Both the position numbers and the translations under genes were made by a program. DNA of 64,000 bases. It comes from Sedimentisphaerales bacterium. Lineage in GTDB: Bacteria > Planctomycetota > Phycisphaerae > Sedimentisphaerales > SM23-30. Below the pieces are notes generated by a model, which did not search any database, was not told where the DNA came from, and was given only the letters and a program-made list of their open reading frames with translations. Positions 19,099 to 32,000 of the stretch are shown piece after piece. Positions within the stretch are counted from its first letter, which is position 1. Each line of letters opens with the position of its first letter. The stretch is taken from assembly GCA_963663965.2 (NCBI GenBank), contig CAXXFK010000028.1, positions 1 to 64,000 of the forward strand. Reading direction: 5' to 3'.

Positions 19099-21303
19099 AT
19101 GAATAGAGTTTGGAAGTTATACTTTTTATCTGCACTTTACCTGCTTATGCTAAATGCAATAGCACTTAGTTATGATAGTCTGGATATTATTTACCCAAGC
19201 GGCAGGGTTGCAATTCCATGCACTATAAAATGCAATGGGCAGAGTTATCCTGTTAATTTACTGTATAATGCCAGTGTAGGCCAGCGTGTAGTGCTGCATT
19301 CTGAATTTTTAAAAGAACTAGGCTTAGAAGAGGGAGACAGCCTTGTTTTCAAATTTAATGACAGTGTTGAATTAGAAGTTAAAGATCGTATGTCTATGGA
19401 TCTTGCTAACATAACTATGCTGGCTAAAAGAGATAGCCTGGTAAATAAGATGGATCGTCCTTTTATCGGAATCATTGGTCCTGGAGTCTTTGATTGCTAT
19501 GATATAATAGAGCTTGATATTGCAGGTAGAAAGTTAAATTTGCTGGACGAATATGAGGTTCAGCCAGATAGTATTAAGATGAAATTTCAAGTTCAGGATG
19601 ATATTGCTTATGTAAACTTTGAGCCTGTCAGGGATTACAAGCTCAAGGCGATGGTTAACACAAATTTTTACGAGACATCTATTGACAGAAGCTGTGCTAT
19701 GGTAGCCGGGGTAGATAACGCTGATTTTCCCAGCTGCTGGTTAGATGGTATTGATATTGTGCCTTATACTGCAATAAAACCAGAAGAAAATTTAAGCTAT
19801 TATTATTCTGGTTTTGATGGTGTTATTGGCAATAGCTTCTGGCAGAATTTTAAAATGATAGTGGATTATCGTGAAAATATTATTATTCTAGATGAAATAG
19901 CTGCAGCAGAAAAAGATCTTTATAATAAAGAATATTATAATGCACTATTGCTTGAAGATTATAATTCGATTCTGAAGTATCTTGAAAATAATCCTGAATC
20001 AAAAATAGCTGATGATGCTGCCTTATATCTGCTAAAATATATAGTATCGGGTACTGATTTTGATATTGATACCGCTTACAGGGTATGTGATTGTATCTTT
20101 TCTGTGTATTCAGCCAAAAATGCCTCTCACATAATTCTACAGTATATCAATAGTAGTTCAGATGGTGATTTATATAAACGTATTTTGCAGATACTTAAAT
20201 ATGTGAAAGATAAGCTGAGTGCGACAGGTACTTATAATGATACTGCAATGGCTATTGATGCCAGGATTGCTGAGCTTATGCTGGATCATGAGCAGGTTGA
20301 AGCAGGATATGAATATCTTCTGGCAGCGGTATTCAGGGATCCGGAAAATCCTGAGATCAATTACCAGTTAGGTAGATATTATCAGTCCAAAGGGCGGATA
20401 GTCAGAGCGTGGTACAGGTACTTTAAGGCAGCAACAGGCAGAAATTTTTCAATTGATGCTGTGAAGAAGTTATGTGAGCTTCATAATCTGGAGAGCTTTC
20501 GTAGTGAATATGATATAGAAGATTCCGCAGAACTCTTTCGCAGTACTCAAGTGGCTTTTTATCCTGCACTTGGAGAAATGAACTGGAATGAGGGTGGTTT
20601 TGGTTTGCTGGAATTCTTTATTTTTACAGATAATAACGAACTGGAACAGCTTCAATCAGCAATTGATATTATTAAACGGTACAACAACCGTTCGAAATTT
20701 AATGCCATATGTTACTATGTGGATAATCCTGAGATCTCTCCGCTTGCCAGTAAGTATTCGAATGAAATATTAGAGAGATATCGCGGTTATGGCAGGCCTT
20801 CTATTTATGTCAATGGTAAGTCATATGGATTCAGCAATAAAGAGCTTAAAGATCCGGTTGCGATCATACAAAATCTTTATGAAATTAAAAATATCAGAAG
20901 TGTTGAGAAGTGTGCCCTTAATGCTATTTGTCATGATGGGATATGCCAAATGGAGCTTTTAGTCCCAATAGAGCTGGTAGGGAGTAATTATGAAGTTGTT
21001 CTGGTAGAAAATAATGTATTATATTATGATAAAGAGCTGAAGTTTTTGGATCATATTTGTAGGGGGCTTGTCTGTAAAGGTGAGGTGAAAAGCCAGAAAA
21101 TCAAAAAGATAATATCTCTGGATGAGTTTAGGAATATCTTTACTGAAAGCCGCGTGTTGAATAATAGTGTTTCCGGTGCAGGAGTAAACTGGGTATCGAA
21201 ATATATAGATCTAAGGCAGTGCAGCCTTATTATAAAGTTTTTTGATAATGAAGGTAATGTGACAGGTATCTCTAAATGCTGTCTTAAGGAAACAGGAATA
21301 TAG
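19099..21303 (+). CDS. Secreted protein: two degenerate aspartyl-protease-like lobes + TPR + thioredoxin/Omp28-like domain
   Basis: FIGIIGPG and FDGVIGNSFWQNFKMIVDY motifs; TPR (DPENPEINYQLGRYY); GRPSIYVNG and VVLVENNV...HICR. Confidence 0.65.
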   Translation: MNRVWKLYFLSALYLLMLNAIALSYDSLDIIYPSGRVAIPCTIKCNGQSYPVNLLYNASVGQRVVLHSEFLKELGLEEGDSLVFKFNDSVELEVKDRMSMDLANITMLAKRDSLVNKMDRPFIGIIGPGVFDCYDIIELDIAGRKLNLLDEYEVQPDSIKMKFQVQDDIAYVNFEPVRDYKLKAMVNTNFYETSIDRSCAMVAGVDNADFPSCWLDGIDIVPYTAIKPEENLSYYYSGFDGVIGNSFWQNFKMIVDYRENIIILDEIAAAEKDLYNKEYYNALLLEDYNSILKYLENNPESKIADDAALYLLKYIVSGTDFDIDTAYRVCDCIFSVYSAKNASHIILQYINSSSDGDLYKRILQILKYVKDKLSATGTYNDTAMAIDARIAELMLDHEQVEAGYEYLLAAVFRDPENPEINYQLGRYYQSKGRIVRAWYRYFKAATGRNFSIDAVKKLCELHNLESFRSEYDIEDSAELFRSTQVAFYPALGEMNWNEGGFGLLEFFIFTDNNELEQLQSAIDIIKRYNNRSKFNAICYYVDNPEISPLASKYSNEILERYRGYGRPSIYVNGKSYGFSNKELKDPVAIIQNLYEIKNIRSVEKCALNAICHDGICQMELLVPIELVGSNYEVVLVENNVLYYDKELKFLDHICRGLVCKGEVKSQKIKKIISLDEFRNIFTESRVLNNSVSGAGVNWVSKYIDLRQCSLIIKFFDNEGNVTGISKCCLKETGI

Positions 21304-21306
21304 ATA

Positions 21307-22698
21307 TTGAAAAACAGTATTGCTGACAATTATTTAGGATTGGCCCAAAGGCAAGTTAAACAGTCAAGGCTGGCATATGCTAGAGACTCTGTGGTAAAAT
21401 GGTATAATCGTGTATTACTTCCGACTGGAATAATAACTGTTTGTTGTTCTGCAATTATTTATTTAAATAATATAATTGTAAATTCACTGTACTTTATCCT
21501 GATCATTGTATTGATGGCAGTTAGCAGTGGTTTAGTCGTTTTATGTAGAAATTACATTAAAGCTGTTAATACTGTTTATGTTCTTAGTTTGATAGACAGA
21601 GTGACAAATGAGCACAATGTTATTGTTAATTCATATGAACTAGCCATGGGTGGCTGCCAGTCTGTTTTTGCCAGGATGACTATTGACAAAGGCCTGGCAA
21701 TACTTGGTCGTAATATGGATCTGCAGTTAGCATTTGACAATGTACGGATCTCAAAAAACAAAGTAGCTTTGGCTGTCTTCTTAATAATTGGTTCATGTCT
21801 TATTGTAGAGTTGGCCGGTAATAAAAATAGTGAGCTTTACAATATAGATAATATGTATTCGGTTGAATATGATCATTCTAATGTTGACAATAGTCTGCTT
21901 TTGGAAAGTGACAGGTACAATACTTTTATTGATAATGAAAAGTTTTCTTACAGCCGGTCAAATGCACAGGATGTTTATGAGGCAGCGTCGGCTGACAATA
22001 TGCCTGATAGAAGAATATTAAACGGTAATCGTAAGCATAGCTTTGCTTCAGAAACTGAAATTGCAAACCCGGTAACCACCAGTGCAGGAAATTCCTTGTT
22101 GATGCCTGAGATCGATGTTACTTCTGGTTTGCTGGAGTACCTTACAGATTCAGCTGAAGCGGAGCTCGCTGAGGCTGCCAGGCAGGTGCATATAGAAAAT
22201 GAGAAACAGGATGCGGTGGTAGGTTTTGGCCAGGTTCATAGCAGTCAGGTTAAGTCAAATAATCTTGTTACAGGTGGGATTGGCGGCGTTAATAGTGAAT
22301 TGTCGCAAAATCCAGTTAATTCCAATGCGTTGACCGGTAGAATTGCTGTTGCACCTGAGGCATATCTAATTGATAGATTCAGAGACCCTATTCGTGAGAT
22401 TGGATTCTTTCCAGAATCCAGCAGTAATAATATTGGATTTGGCTTATTTGGAACTGATAAGAGAACCAGATCTAAGTCACTAGTGGTTATGAGTGATATT
22501 ATTCCATTGTTTATAAAAGGAATAAGGCAGGATGGCAGGAATAAGGTTTATAATATCTCATTGCCGTCAGGAGCTGCAGGTGTTGATCATAAAATAATTC
22601 CTGATAATGTCGAACAGTATCATGGCAATATCGATAGATATGATCTGCCAGACAGGTGGAAGGCTAGTGTTTTGAATTTTTATAGTGAGATTCATTAA
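21307..22698 (+). CDS. Membrane protein of MoxR-vWA gene clusters (3 TM + low-complexity tail)
   Basis: TM segments near the N-terminus; LIDRVTNEHNVIVNSYEL; C-terminal LPDRWKASVLNFY resembles the vP.eyr..V..YF tail of such proteins. Confidence 0.65.
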   Translation: MKNSIADNYLGLAQRQVKQSRLAYARDSVVKWYNRVLLPTGIITVCCSAIIYLNNIIVNSLYFILIIVLMAVSSGLVVLCRNYIKAVNTVYVLSLIDRVTNEHNVIVNSYELAMGGCQSVFARMTIDKGLAILGRNMDLQLAFDNVRISKNKVALAVFLIIGSCLIVELAGNKNSELYNIDNMYSVEYDHSNVDNSLLLESDRYNTFIDNEKFSYSRSNAQDVYEAASADNMPDRRILNGNRKHSFASETEIANPVTTSAGNSLLMPEIDVTSGLLEYLTDSAEAELAEAARQVHIENEKQDAVVGFGQVHSSQVKSNNLVTGGIGGVNSELSQNPVNSNALTGRIAVAPEAYLIDRFRDPIREIGFFPESSSNNIGFGLFGTDKRTRSKSLVVMSDIIPLFIKGIRQDGRNKVYNISLPSGAAGVDHKIIPDNVEQYHGNIDRYDLPDRWKASVLNFYSEIH

Positions 22699-22765
22699 GA
22701 AGTGGACAATAATATTCTAACGTTCACAAAATAAAGACATATGATATAACTGAAAGATTATTTTA

Positions 22766-23761
22766 ATGCTTGATAATCAATATAAAGAAGCTGAAGCTGT
22801 TATCGCAGAGTTTCAGGAAGATTTTAACAAGTTAAGAGCTGAGATAGGTAAAGGCTTTATCGGTAATGATGCTTTAGTACAGGATTTGCTTGACTGTATA
22901 TTGGCTGGCGGTCATATCTTATTGGAAGGTGTTCCAGGTACTGGTAAGACCGTTTTAGCTAAAACTATTGCGTCTTCCATGGGGCTTAGCTATCAGAGAA
23001 TCCAATGTACCCCTGACCTTATGCCGACAGATGTTACCGGTCACTATGGCCTGGAAGAAGATAGCCGTGGCAGCCATAAGATAATTTTCAAGCCTGGGCC
23101 TGTAATGGCAAATTATATACTTGTAGATGAGATCAACAGGGCAACTCCAAAGACTCAGTCTGCTCTTTTGGAAGCTATGCAGGAAGGGCAGGTAACAGTT
23201 GCAAGGGAAAGTATAAAACTGCCGCAGCCAAATATCTTTATTGCTACCCAGAACCCGGTTGAGCATGAAGGTACTTATAACCTTCCAGAGGCGCAGCTAG
23301 ACAGGTTCATGGTAAAACTTAAGGTTGGTTATCCTGGTCTGAATGATTATAAGACTGTTCTGCTGAATACTACAGGAGAGAAATCTGCGTCAATAGAGTG
23401 TGTCTGCAGTGTTGATAGAGTTTTGGAAATGCGTGAGCTGGTAAAGAAGGTTGAAGTTGCCGATAGTGTGCTTGAATATGCCGTGAGGTCTGCGATATTG
23501 TCAGACCCTCAAAGCAGTGCTCTGGCAGCTGTAAAAGATTTTGTTGTATTAGGTGTCAGCCCTAGGGGTGTGCAGGCATTGATAATGATGGGGAAAGTAA
23601 AGGCACTATGTGATGGCAGAACAGCGGTATCCTGCAAAGACCTTGTAGAGGTAATACCAGTTGTATACAGACATAGGATCTTACTTGCTTTTTCTGCAAG
23701 AAACTCGAAAGTAGTGCCTGAGGATATAATTGAAAGTATTATTTCTGAGCTAAATAAATAA
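22766..23761 (+). CDS. moxR: MoxR-family AAA+ ATPase
   Basis: GHILLEGVPGTGKT, RIQCTPDLMPTD, VDEINRATPKTQSALLEAMQE, ATQNPVEHEGTYNLPEAQLDRF. Confidence 0.95.
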   Translation: MLDNQYKEAEAVIAEFQEDFNKLRAEIGKGFIGNDALVQDLLDCILAGGHILLEGVPGTGKTVLAKTIASSMGLSYQRIQCTPDLMPTDVTGHYGLEEDSRGSHKIIFKPGPVMANYILVDEINRATPKTQSALLEAMQEGQVTVARESIKLPQPNIFIATQNPVEHEGTYNLPEAQLDRFMVKLKVGYPGLNDYKTVLLNTTGEKSASIECVCSVDRVLEMRELVKKVEVADSVLEYAVRSAILSDPQSSALAAVKDFVVLGVSPRGVQALIMMGKVKALCDGRTAVSCKDLVEVIPVVYRHRILLAFSARNSKVVPEDIIESIISELNK

Positions 23762-23806
23762 TGTAATGTTTACTGATTATCCTGATCTGCAGGCAGAGAC
23801 AATAAT

Positions 23807-24661
23807 ATGCTTTTGACAAAATATGAATTAGATATGCTGGCTGGTTTTAGTGTTGGCATGACGGAAAACTATAGCAGTGCCGTACTAGGCTGCCAACCAG
23901 GGCGTAATTATGGAAAGGGAACTGACTTTTTCGAGTATCAGAATTATAGCTATGGTGAGGATCTACGCTGGGTTGACTGGCATAGGTATTGCCGGACAAG
24001 GCAGCTGGTAGTTAAGTCATTTGAGCGTTTTGAACAGTTTGAATACCTGTTAATCATAGATCTTTCAGACTCTATCATGTGTAATGGTCCTCAGAAGACG
24101 GAATCAATATTGAGACTGGCTGGGGCACTTGGGTTCATTTTGCTGAATAATAATATAAAAGTATGTCTCTCTTTTCTCGGACGGGCTGAACAGACGGTAT
24201 TTTCTCATATATCACAATTTGGTGATCTTAGTAATACACTGGAGGGAGCAGTTATTGGCGGTAAATCTGAGATAACAGACCATTTCCAAACAATGCAGGT
24301 TTTGCATGGCCATGCTATTGTTTTGTCTGATTTTATTGTTTCTGCTGGTGTTGAACATCTTGAAAGTGTTTTTAATGATTACTTTGGGGACTTATCATTA
24401 TTTAATATAAGCACAGAGCAGGAAAGGAAACCTGCACTGGACGGTGACCTGACGCTTGTAGATATTGAAACTAAATCGAAAGTTGCAGTTAATGTATCTG
24501 AGGATGAAGTTAAACAGTATATTAAGCTAAGAGACAACTATTACCAGGGCCTTAAGGAATATAGTGAAAGTCGTGGCTGGATGTTCTATGATCATCATTG
24601 TGAAGAACTACTGCTGGATTTTTTGACTTGTATCGTGCATAACAGAAAGCTATATCTGTAG
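23807..24661 (+). CDS. DUF58 domain protein
   Basis: GKGTDFFEYQNYSYGEDLRWVDW, IIDLSDSI, IVLSDF, LVDIET. Confidence 0.88.
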   Translation: MLLTKYELDMLAGFSVGMTENYSSAVLGCQPGRNYGKGTDFFEYQNYSYGEDLRWVDWHRYCRTRQLVVKSFERFEQFEYLLIIDLSDSIMCNGPQKTESILRLAGALGFILLNNNIKVCLSFLGRAEQTVFSHISQFGDLSNTLEGAVIGGKSEITDHFQTMQVLHGHAIVLSDFIVSAGVEHLESVFNDYFGDLSLFNISTEQERKPALDGDLTLVDIETKSKVAVNVSEDEVKQYIKLRDNYYQGLKEYSESRGWMFYDHHCEELLLDFLTCIVHNRKLYL

Positions 24662-24672
24662 GAGAAGTGTGC

Positions 24673-26014
24673 ATGAGTTTTATTGGAATACCGGTTATTT
24701 TTGCTTTAGCCTTGTCTATGTTGGTTGTGGTATTGCTTGTAGTCTCACATATACTGCATAAAGTTAATAATGAGGTTATAGTCCCAACAACTCTGTTCTG
24801 GCAGGTATCTGTCAGAAGGAAAATGAGGTCTGTATTAACCGGCCATTTTAAGAATATCTTTACCTTCCTTTTTTTACTACTCATTAGTCTGCTTTTTATT
24901 ATGGCAATGACAAGACCAGTATATGATAAAGGGAAAGAACATTATATATTCGTATTTGATCTGTCAAACAAGATGGCAGAAATGGATAATGGCCGAACCA
25001 AGCTGAGTAATTGCCAGGAAGCAGCTTCTGCAATAATTGACTCATTGCAATATTCAGATGATGTGACGCTTGTTTTGGCTGGTGAAAATATAGAGATTGT
25101 TATGGCTGAAAGTAATAATAAGGCCATGCTGAAGAGTAAGATTTCTGAGTTAATGACATGTAGTTCTACTGCTAGTTCTTTAATAGAAGCTTTTTCTTTT
25201 GCTAGTAATATATATGCTGAAGAGGGTAATTCCAGTATCATTATTTATTCAAATATTGTCTCTGAATATCTTGCTGACAGTGTTAATGCTAATAGTGACT
25301 TTTTCTGGTATCGACCGGGTTCAGGATATGCTGATCTAAAAGATGTGGTAGATAAAGTCTACATACAGGATACCGTGCCGCAGGTAGTTGAATTATTCTT
25401 TAAGAATAACCCCGGTATATGAGATTACAAAGGATCTTAGTGATGCAGATCTGGTCGTATGTTCAGAGGTAATTGGCAGAGGGGAACTTCCCTGTCTGGT
25501 GATAGCTAAAGGTGACGCTGAAATACAAGCAGAAGGCAGAGTTTATATATCAGACTATATGTACAGTTGTTTTAAGTATAATCAGAACCTTGCAACCGAT
25601 CTATTTGCCGGCAGTGGAGATGTTTTAACTCAACCAGACGGCCAATATTATCCATTGGTCCGAAGCAGTGCAGGAGAATTGCTCGGTTACTTTTCCGGCG
25701 AAGTCATTCGGCTGTCAGATGCTCTGTTTAGTGATGATGCCACTTTTTGGAAACAGCCGCAGTTTTTTCCGCTTATAAATGATATGGTGTCTTTATTGTT
25801 AAAGGAAAGCCACAGCTTACCTGCTGGAAACTATATTGTGTCACCATCTGTAAATAGTGTGTCTGCTGTATTGCCGGAAAATTGTATCGGTCAGCTCCCA
25901 AATAATACATTTTCGCTTGCAGCCTGTATTGAGCCATATATCTTTATAATGATGACAGTTGCTTTAATGATCGTTATAGATATTTTTCTGTTTTTGAAAG
26001 GTTTTCTGGTTTAA
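24673..26014 (+). CDS. BatA-like N-terminal domain + vWA membrane protein (split by an apparent +1 error at ~25410-25415)
   Basis: HILHKVNNEVIVPTTLFW (BatA-like), TM...RP, FVFDLSNKM vWA. ORFs 24667-25422 and 25388-26014 join as ...FFKNNP-VYEITKD... if one C is removed from CCCCGG. C-terminal TM. Confidence 0.75.
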
Positions 26015-29000
26015 TGCTTCATTTTACAGATAGTTTATTTTTGCTGCTTTCTATTCCTGCAGCAGTATTCATTCTTTTATGGATTAGAAAAATTGGGTTC
26101 AGGTTGACCGCTGAATCAGTTGCTGTATATTCTTTTGCCTTGACTATTATCGCTGTTATCTTGGCTTTGGCTGGTCCATATGTTATGATGCAGCATAATG
26201 CTGGCTCTGTTGTGTATTTGATCGATGTGTCCAGCAGTGTGTCAGATGAAACACTGGATGAAGTTGTACATGATATCGTTCACAATACAGATATTTCAGA
26301 TAATAAACATAATATTGGATTTGTTGCATTTGGCAGTAGTTGTATTGATATTGATTATGCTGATCTAAGAGGATTAGTAAATGGCAGGGGCAACAGGACA
26401 GGAGTTTTTGCAGAAAGTAGTATAGATCTCTTTGATGGTACTAATATTGAACAAGCTATATCCTGGGGTATCTACAGGTTAGGAGGTTCAGGCAGACTGG
26501 TATTATATAGCGACTGCTGCGAAAATGCAGGTAGGACTAGACTTCTAGAAAAGGTTCTTAGCCAGGGAAATGTTGAACTTGAAGTCAAGCCAGTATCTTC
26601 AATCCGTGATGAAGTTGTCCTGCAAAATGCTTATTGGGGGCAGTTACCTGGCAGTAGTTGGTGAGGCAACTCTGTATATTAGCATTGAGTCAACCGTGCC
26701 AACTGAAGTCAACTTTATGATATCGTATGAGAATGGCCAGGTACTGCAAACTGGTTCAGCCAGAGTTCACGAAGGTAAAAATACTATTGCAACGGTTTTG
26801 GCTGCAGGTACTAAGCCGATAGAAAACTATGTTATAACTATTAGTTCAAAAGATGATTCTTCAAAGGATAATAACCATTATCTTCTTTGCAGACAATCTT
26901 CTGGTAAAAATAGTATTTTTACAATTGGAGCCAATCAGGAATATTTACAGACTCTCAGGTTGGTATTGGGTGATCAGGTTGAAGTAAGTGAATACGTCGA
27001 AGGTTCAGATGTAAATAGTTGTAGTCTGATGATCATCGTAGATCCATCAGTTTTAGGTTCTGGGTCACAGGATGATTTTTGGGAGCAGGTCAGGGAAAAT
27101 GTTTCCGATGGAATGGGAGTGTTGACATATTCATCTGATGGGATAAATAATTTAAAAGAAAATGCAGGTAATATATTTTATGACCTGCTGCCTGTAAAGG
27201 TGGTGCGTGATAATAAAGGTTATAGCTCAGACAATGCAGTTGTTTTTATTATTGATACCTCTGGTAGTATGGAACAGGAGAGAGTCTCACTGGCTAGAGA
27301 GGTAGTTCTGCATTCGCTGGCAAGGCTGGAAAATAGCGATATGCTTGGCATTGTAGAATTTTATGGCCGTAAGAATTGGGCCGTTTCACTTCAGCCGGTA
27401 TCGAACAAGCTTGCGGTAAACAGGGCGTTGAGTAAATTGACACCTGGTGGAGGTACAGTATTTTTACCTGCACTTGAAGAGGCTCACTTCGCGTTACTGA
27501 ACTCTGATTGTTCTGTTAAGCATATTGTTTTGATATCCGATGGTGGTCTTGAACAGGGTGATTATAAGAATGATTTTATAAAGGTTAGAGAAGATAATAT
27601 AACAATATCGACTATTTTAGTTGGTTCTGGATTAAATCTTAGTTTTATGATGGAGCTGGCTAATATAGGCGGGGGTGCTTTTTTTCATATAAAAGATCGA
27701 ATGGAACTGCCTGGTGTTAATTTTAAGGAAGTGTTCAATGATCCTGGTGATATGGAAGCTAAGAATATTGGACAGTTGAAGTATCAATATGGTTATGAGT
27801 TGCTTGAAAATATTGATCTTAATGGGTTAAAGAAGGAAATGAAAGCTGTTAAGTGTTTACCATATCCAGGGTCGCAAACGTTGCTGAGTTACGGTGACAA
27901 TCAGCCATTATTGACATTTTCTCTGTATGGTCTGGGCAAAAGTGCATTTTGTGCTTCAGATATGTTTTTGAATAATCTTCAAGATTATAATACCGCTAAA
28001 CTCTTTGGCGGCCTGTGTAATATGCTGATAAGAGACCCAGGGAGGCCAGATAATATTCAGTTAAGAATGAATAATAATATTCTTGAGCTTGAGTATTATA
28101 ATCCCGTTTTGTCGAAGGAAGATGTCTTAAACTTCGATATAGCAAAAGGCGGAATGTCGCAAAGGTACAGGCTCTATTATGTCGACGGTTTATGGCGTGG
28201 AAGTGTAAAGATTAGTCAGTCAGGTATCTATGAGATCTCTATAGTAAATGAAGATGTGGCTATTGACGGCATAAGTTCAGCAGTAAATGTTAAGCCGGAA
28301 ATCAATTCTGTTGGTTTTAATGAATTAGTCCATAGGAAGTTAGCTGATTTTGGTATAGGTGAAACCACTAATAGCCATGTCGTAGATGTGATTAAACCAC
28401 TCTGGCTATACTTCGCTATAGCGGGGTTGATCTCCTTTATTGCCGGTGTTTTTCTTCGCAGAATATCATATGGTAATTTGTTATCTAAACGCTGTAATAA
28501 TAGTGCTGTATCTCTGATTATCCTTGTGATATTATTGTCATCATCCTCAATGTTTGCAGCTGATAATACTGAAAATATACAGCCAGATGCCAGATCTTGT
28601 AATGCTATTTCGTTCATAAATGGTGTGAAGCAGAATTTAGATGATAATGGACAAGTAATAGCAGTAAACAGTTATGTAGATGCGATGCTTTATGGTTATG
28701 AACTGTATTTTAACGGTCAATATGATACAGCAGTAGATATATTCCACAAGAGTGCATTGCTGGCAGTTACAAGCGATGATATGGAGTATAGTGCAGCCTG
28801 GGCGTTTACTGCTGCTGTAAAGTGCGACCGCAGCAGAGAATTGATCAGTGAAATATTAACTGAACCAAAGCTGGCAGTGGTAGCGAAGGATCAATTATTG
28901 CTGATCGCATCGCTTAATGGCTGGGTTAAAGAGCTTGAAACCTTGGAGTATTGGGTTAGCGAAAGTGATATCTCTGATAAACAGCGTAAAGAGTTTAGTG

Positions 29001-32000
29001 ATAAAATATATAGAGCCAGGCTTGATCTTGGTGTTGAAACCAGCCTTGATATGTCTGCTGATCGATTTATCAGCTCGCTTAAATATTGTATAAAGAATAA
29101 AGGAAGAGAACAGGCTGCAGTTTTATTGAATGATTTTGTGGAAAATGAAGGGGAGGGGCTTATTCTTATTGAAATTGCAGAAGAAATATCTCATTTTGGT
29201 TTTATTGATGAGGCATTTAAGATGCTTGACCTGATAATGCCAGATAAAGCATGTTACTATCAGGCACAATTATGTCGCAGCACGCTCAAAGAGAGAGCGG
29301 GCGACCCAGATGGTATGCTGAAATGTTTGTTAGAACTTTCAGAGAATGATAGTATTGCTCCTGGTCAGATGGCTAGTATTGCAGATATTCTAAGGGGGAA
29401 GGGCTATAATGAGCAGGCTAAGAAAGTATTAGAAAGTCTGTATAAACGGACCCAGTCGGTTGATCTTTTAATTAAGGTAGCAGAAATTGCAGATGATACA
29501 AATGATAAGTCTTCGTATGGACTTTGGCTTGATCTATGGCGTAAATCAACAGATAAAAGCCGGCTGAACTATCTTAAACCCCGGCTTTTAGCTTCAGCCT
29601 CTAAGACTGAAAACCTTACTAAGCTTGTATTGTGGTTGGAAGAGCAGGTCTGTACTGGTAAAGATTCTGATAAGTATATTGATATGTTAGTTTCAATATA
29701 TGAGTCAGTTGGTGATCCTGTAGGTGTAATAGAGATTGTCAAAGAATATTACGGTACTGACAGTCTTCGATCATTACAAATGCAGAATCGCATATATTAT
29801 CGTACAAGGCACTTCAGCTACTGTATTAAGGTTCTGGAAAAACTGCTGGAGATAGATCCGGAAAATTATGATAATTATTTGTATCAGCTTGCTCTGGCGA
29901 CCCTGGAAAATAACAGGCCTGGTGATACATATGACATTATTGAGTACCTTCAAAATTATGATGATGGTAGTGTTGAAAGAAAATTATTTATTGCTGGATT
30001 GTACAAGATATTAAAAATGTATGGTAATGCATGTGATATTTTTCAGGAATTGATAGATCAAAAGTATGAGAGTTATGATCTATGGCTATCATGGGTTGAA
30101 ACTGCTCAATTGGCAGGCAAACGAGACGCTGCTATGAAAGTACTATCAGAAAATCTGGATTCGGAGCTGTCTGATACGATGTTTTGCGTGACTGTTGATT
30201 CATTATTGTTGCTTAATGCTAATGAAGATCTGCTGTCAATTGCTTATGATAAAACTGTTCAGAGGCTGGCAGGACATTTAAATCAGTCAGTATATTACAA
30301 ACTTGCTTCAGATATTCTATGGGAAATGAATAGAAGTTTTGATGAACGGGCGTTACGCCTTTGCCTTGTATCTGCGTTAAATTGTCCGAGGCAGAGAATT
30401 ACTAATCTGAGGGATATGTTATTGACATCTACAGAAATGCAGGTGTGTGATCTTGATCTGCTACTGTTACTGCTAGATTGTGAAGTAACTGATAAGTATT
30501 TATTGCAGTATGGAATGGATTTTATTGATGGAGGTCAGTATGAACTGGCATCGTATTTTATTTCAAGGAATATAATCCCAACTTGTGATGTTGCTAAGAT
30601 AATTGAAACTATTAATTCTTTGAACAGAGCTGGGCAGTTCGATCTTTCTATTGATGTCATCAATGAAGCATTAGTGTTCCATCCTGATAATATTTTATTG
30701 CTAAATCAACTTGGAATGGTTTATGAAATTCTTGGCAACTTTAAGCGAAGTTTCCATGAGTATTATAATTGCTATTGCCTTCTGGCGGCAAGGAGTAAAT
30801 ATGAGTTTGATGCTGGGCTCATCCGAATTGTAGATGCGGACATAACAGAGAGATTGTCTGCATTAAGGGGTATGATCGATACCGGTGATGCTAAAGATAT
30901 CAGTGATTTGACAGTGTTTATTTCTGCAAATATCTCAGAGCTGGTAAAGGAATATGAAGCAGTCAAACAGAAAGATCAGTTGTATTCTTATTTGTATGAT
31001 CTCGACAGGATCTATCTGGCTTCGGGTGATCTGCAAAGTTCAATTACCTTGTATAAGAGTTATCGATATTTATTTAATGAGCAAGATCATAAATTTAAAC
31101 AGAAATTACTGGAGCATAGATTTGACTTTAATGTTATTGGTGATACCAGCTATGATGTAGGTAAAATGTCAAATGTAGATGTTGATGAATTGCTGCTAAC
31201 TAATGATATCAGTATATTGGATTGCAGTTGTAGTAAATTAAGACATATTGATAAACTGTATGCTCAAGGTAAGGCTAATGATGCTTCGGATCAACTTAAA
31301 GATCTAATTTTAAACAATAAGATTGAAAGTGAATCTGTGTTTTACAGGTGTGTTGCTTATTGTGTTATCCTCAATAAAAAAGAATATGTTTTAGAACTCA
31401 TTAATAATTATATTGTTAATTATGTTTATAATAAAATACAGGCAAGCCAGGGTAAGTTGGAGGATACTTTGCTCGCAAGTGTCTTCAAGATATGTGATAT
31501 AGAGGATTTTAACGAGATATGTGCAAAATTAAAAACACAATACTATGATAATCCTGAATTGCTGAATATTGTTGAACTGTACCAGGCTAAAAAGGATCCA
31601 GATTACTTCTATTCATCTAAACTAGCTCTGGATTATATTTTAAGTCAAAGTGATATTGATTACAAAGTGTTAGCTAGTATTGTTCCTCTCTGTAACTCTG
31701 CCGATAGGGGAGGGTTGGTAAAGAAGTGTCTGGATAAACAAACAGAGGATGTTAGGGGGACCTTCCTTATTAACTATATAAAATATCTCCCATATATCAT
31801 TTCTGGCAATGAGCTTCTATCATATCTGGGGATTATCTCTGGATTATCTGAGTTGAAGCCTACTGCTAATAATTATTATGGAGATCTTGTTAAGAAAACA
31901 TCTGTGTTCTTCCATAATTATTCTATTGTTAAAGCGGTGTGTGACAAAGCTCTTGAGTTAGAGCCTGACAGGATGGATTATTTGTGTTTTGCCCGAATTG

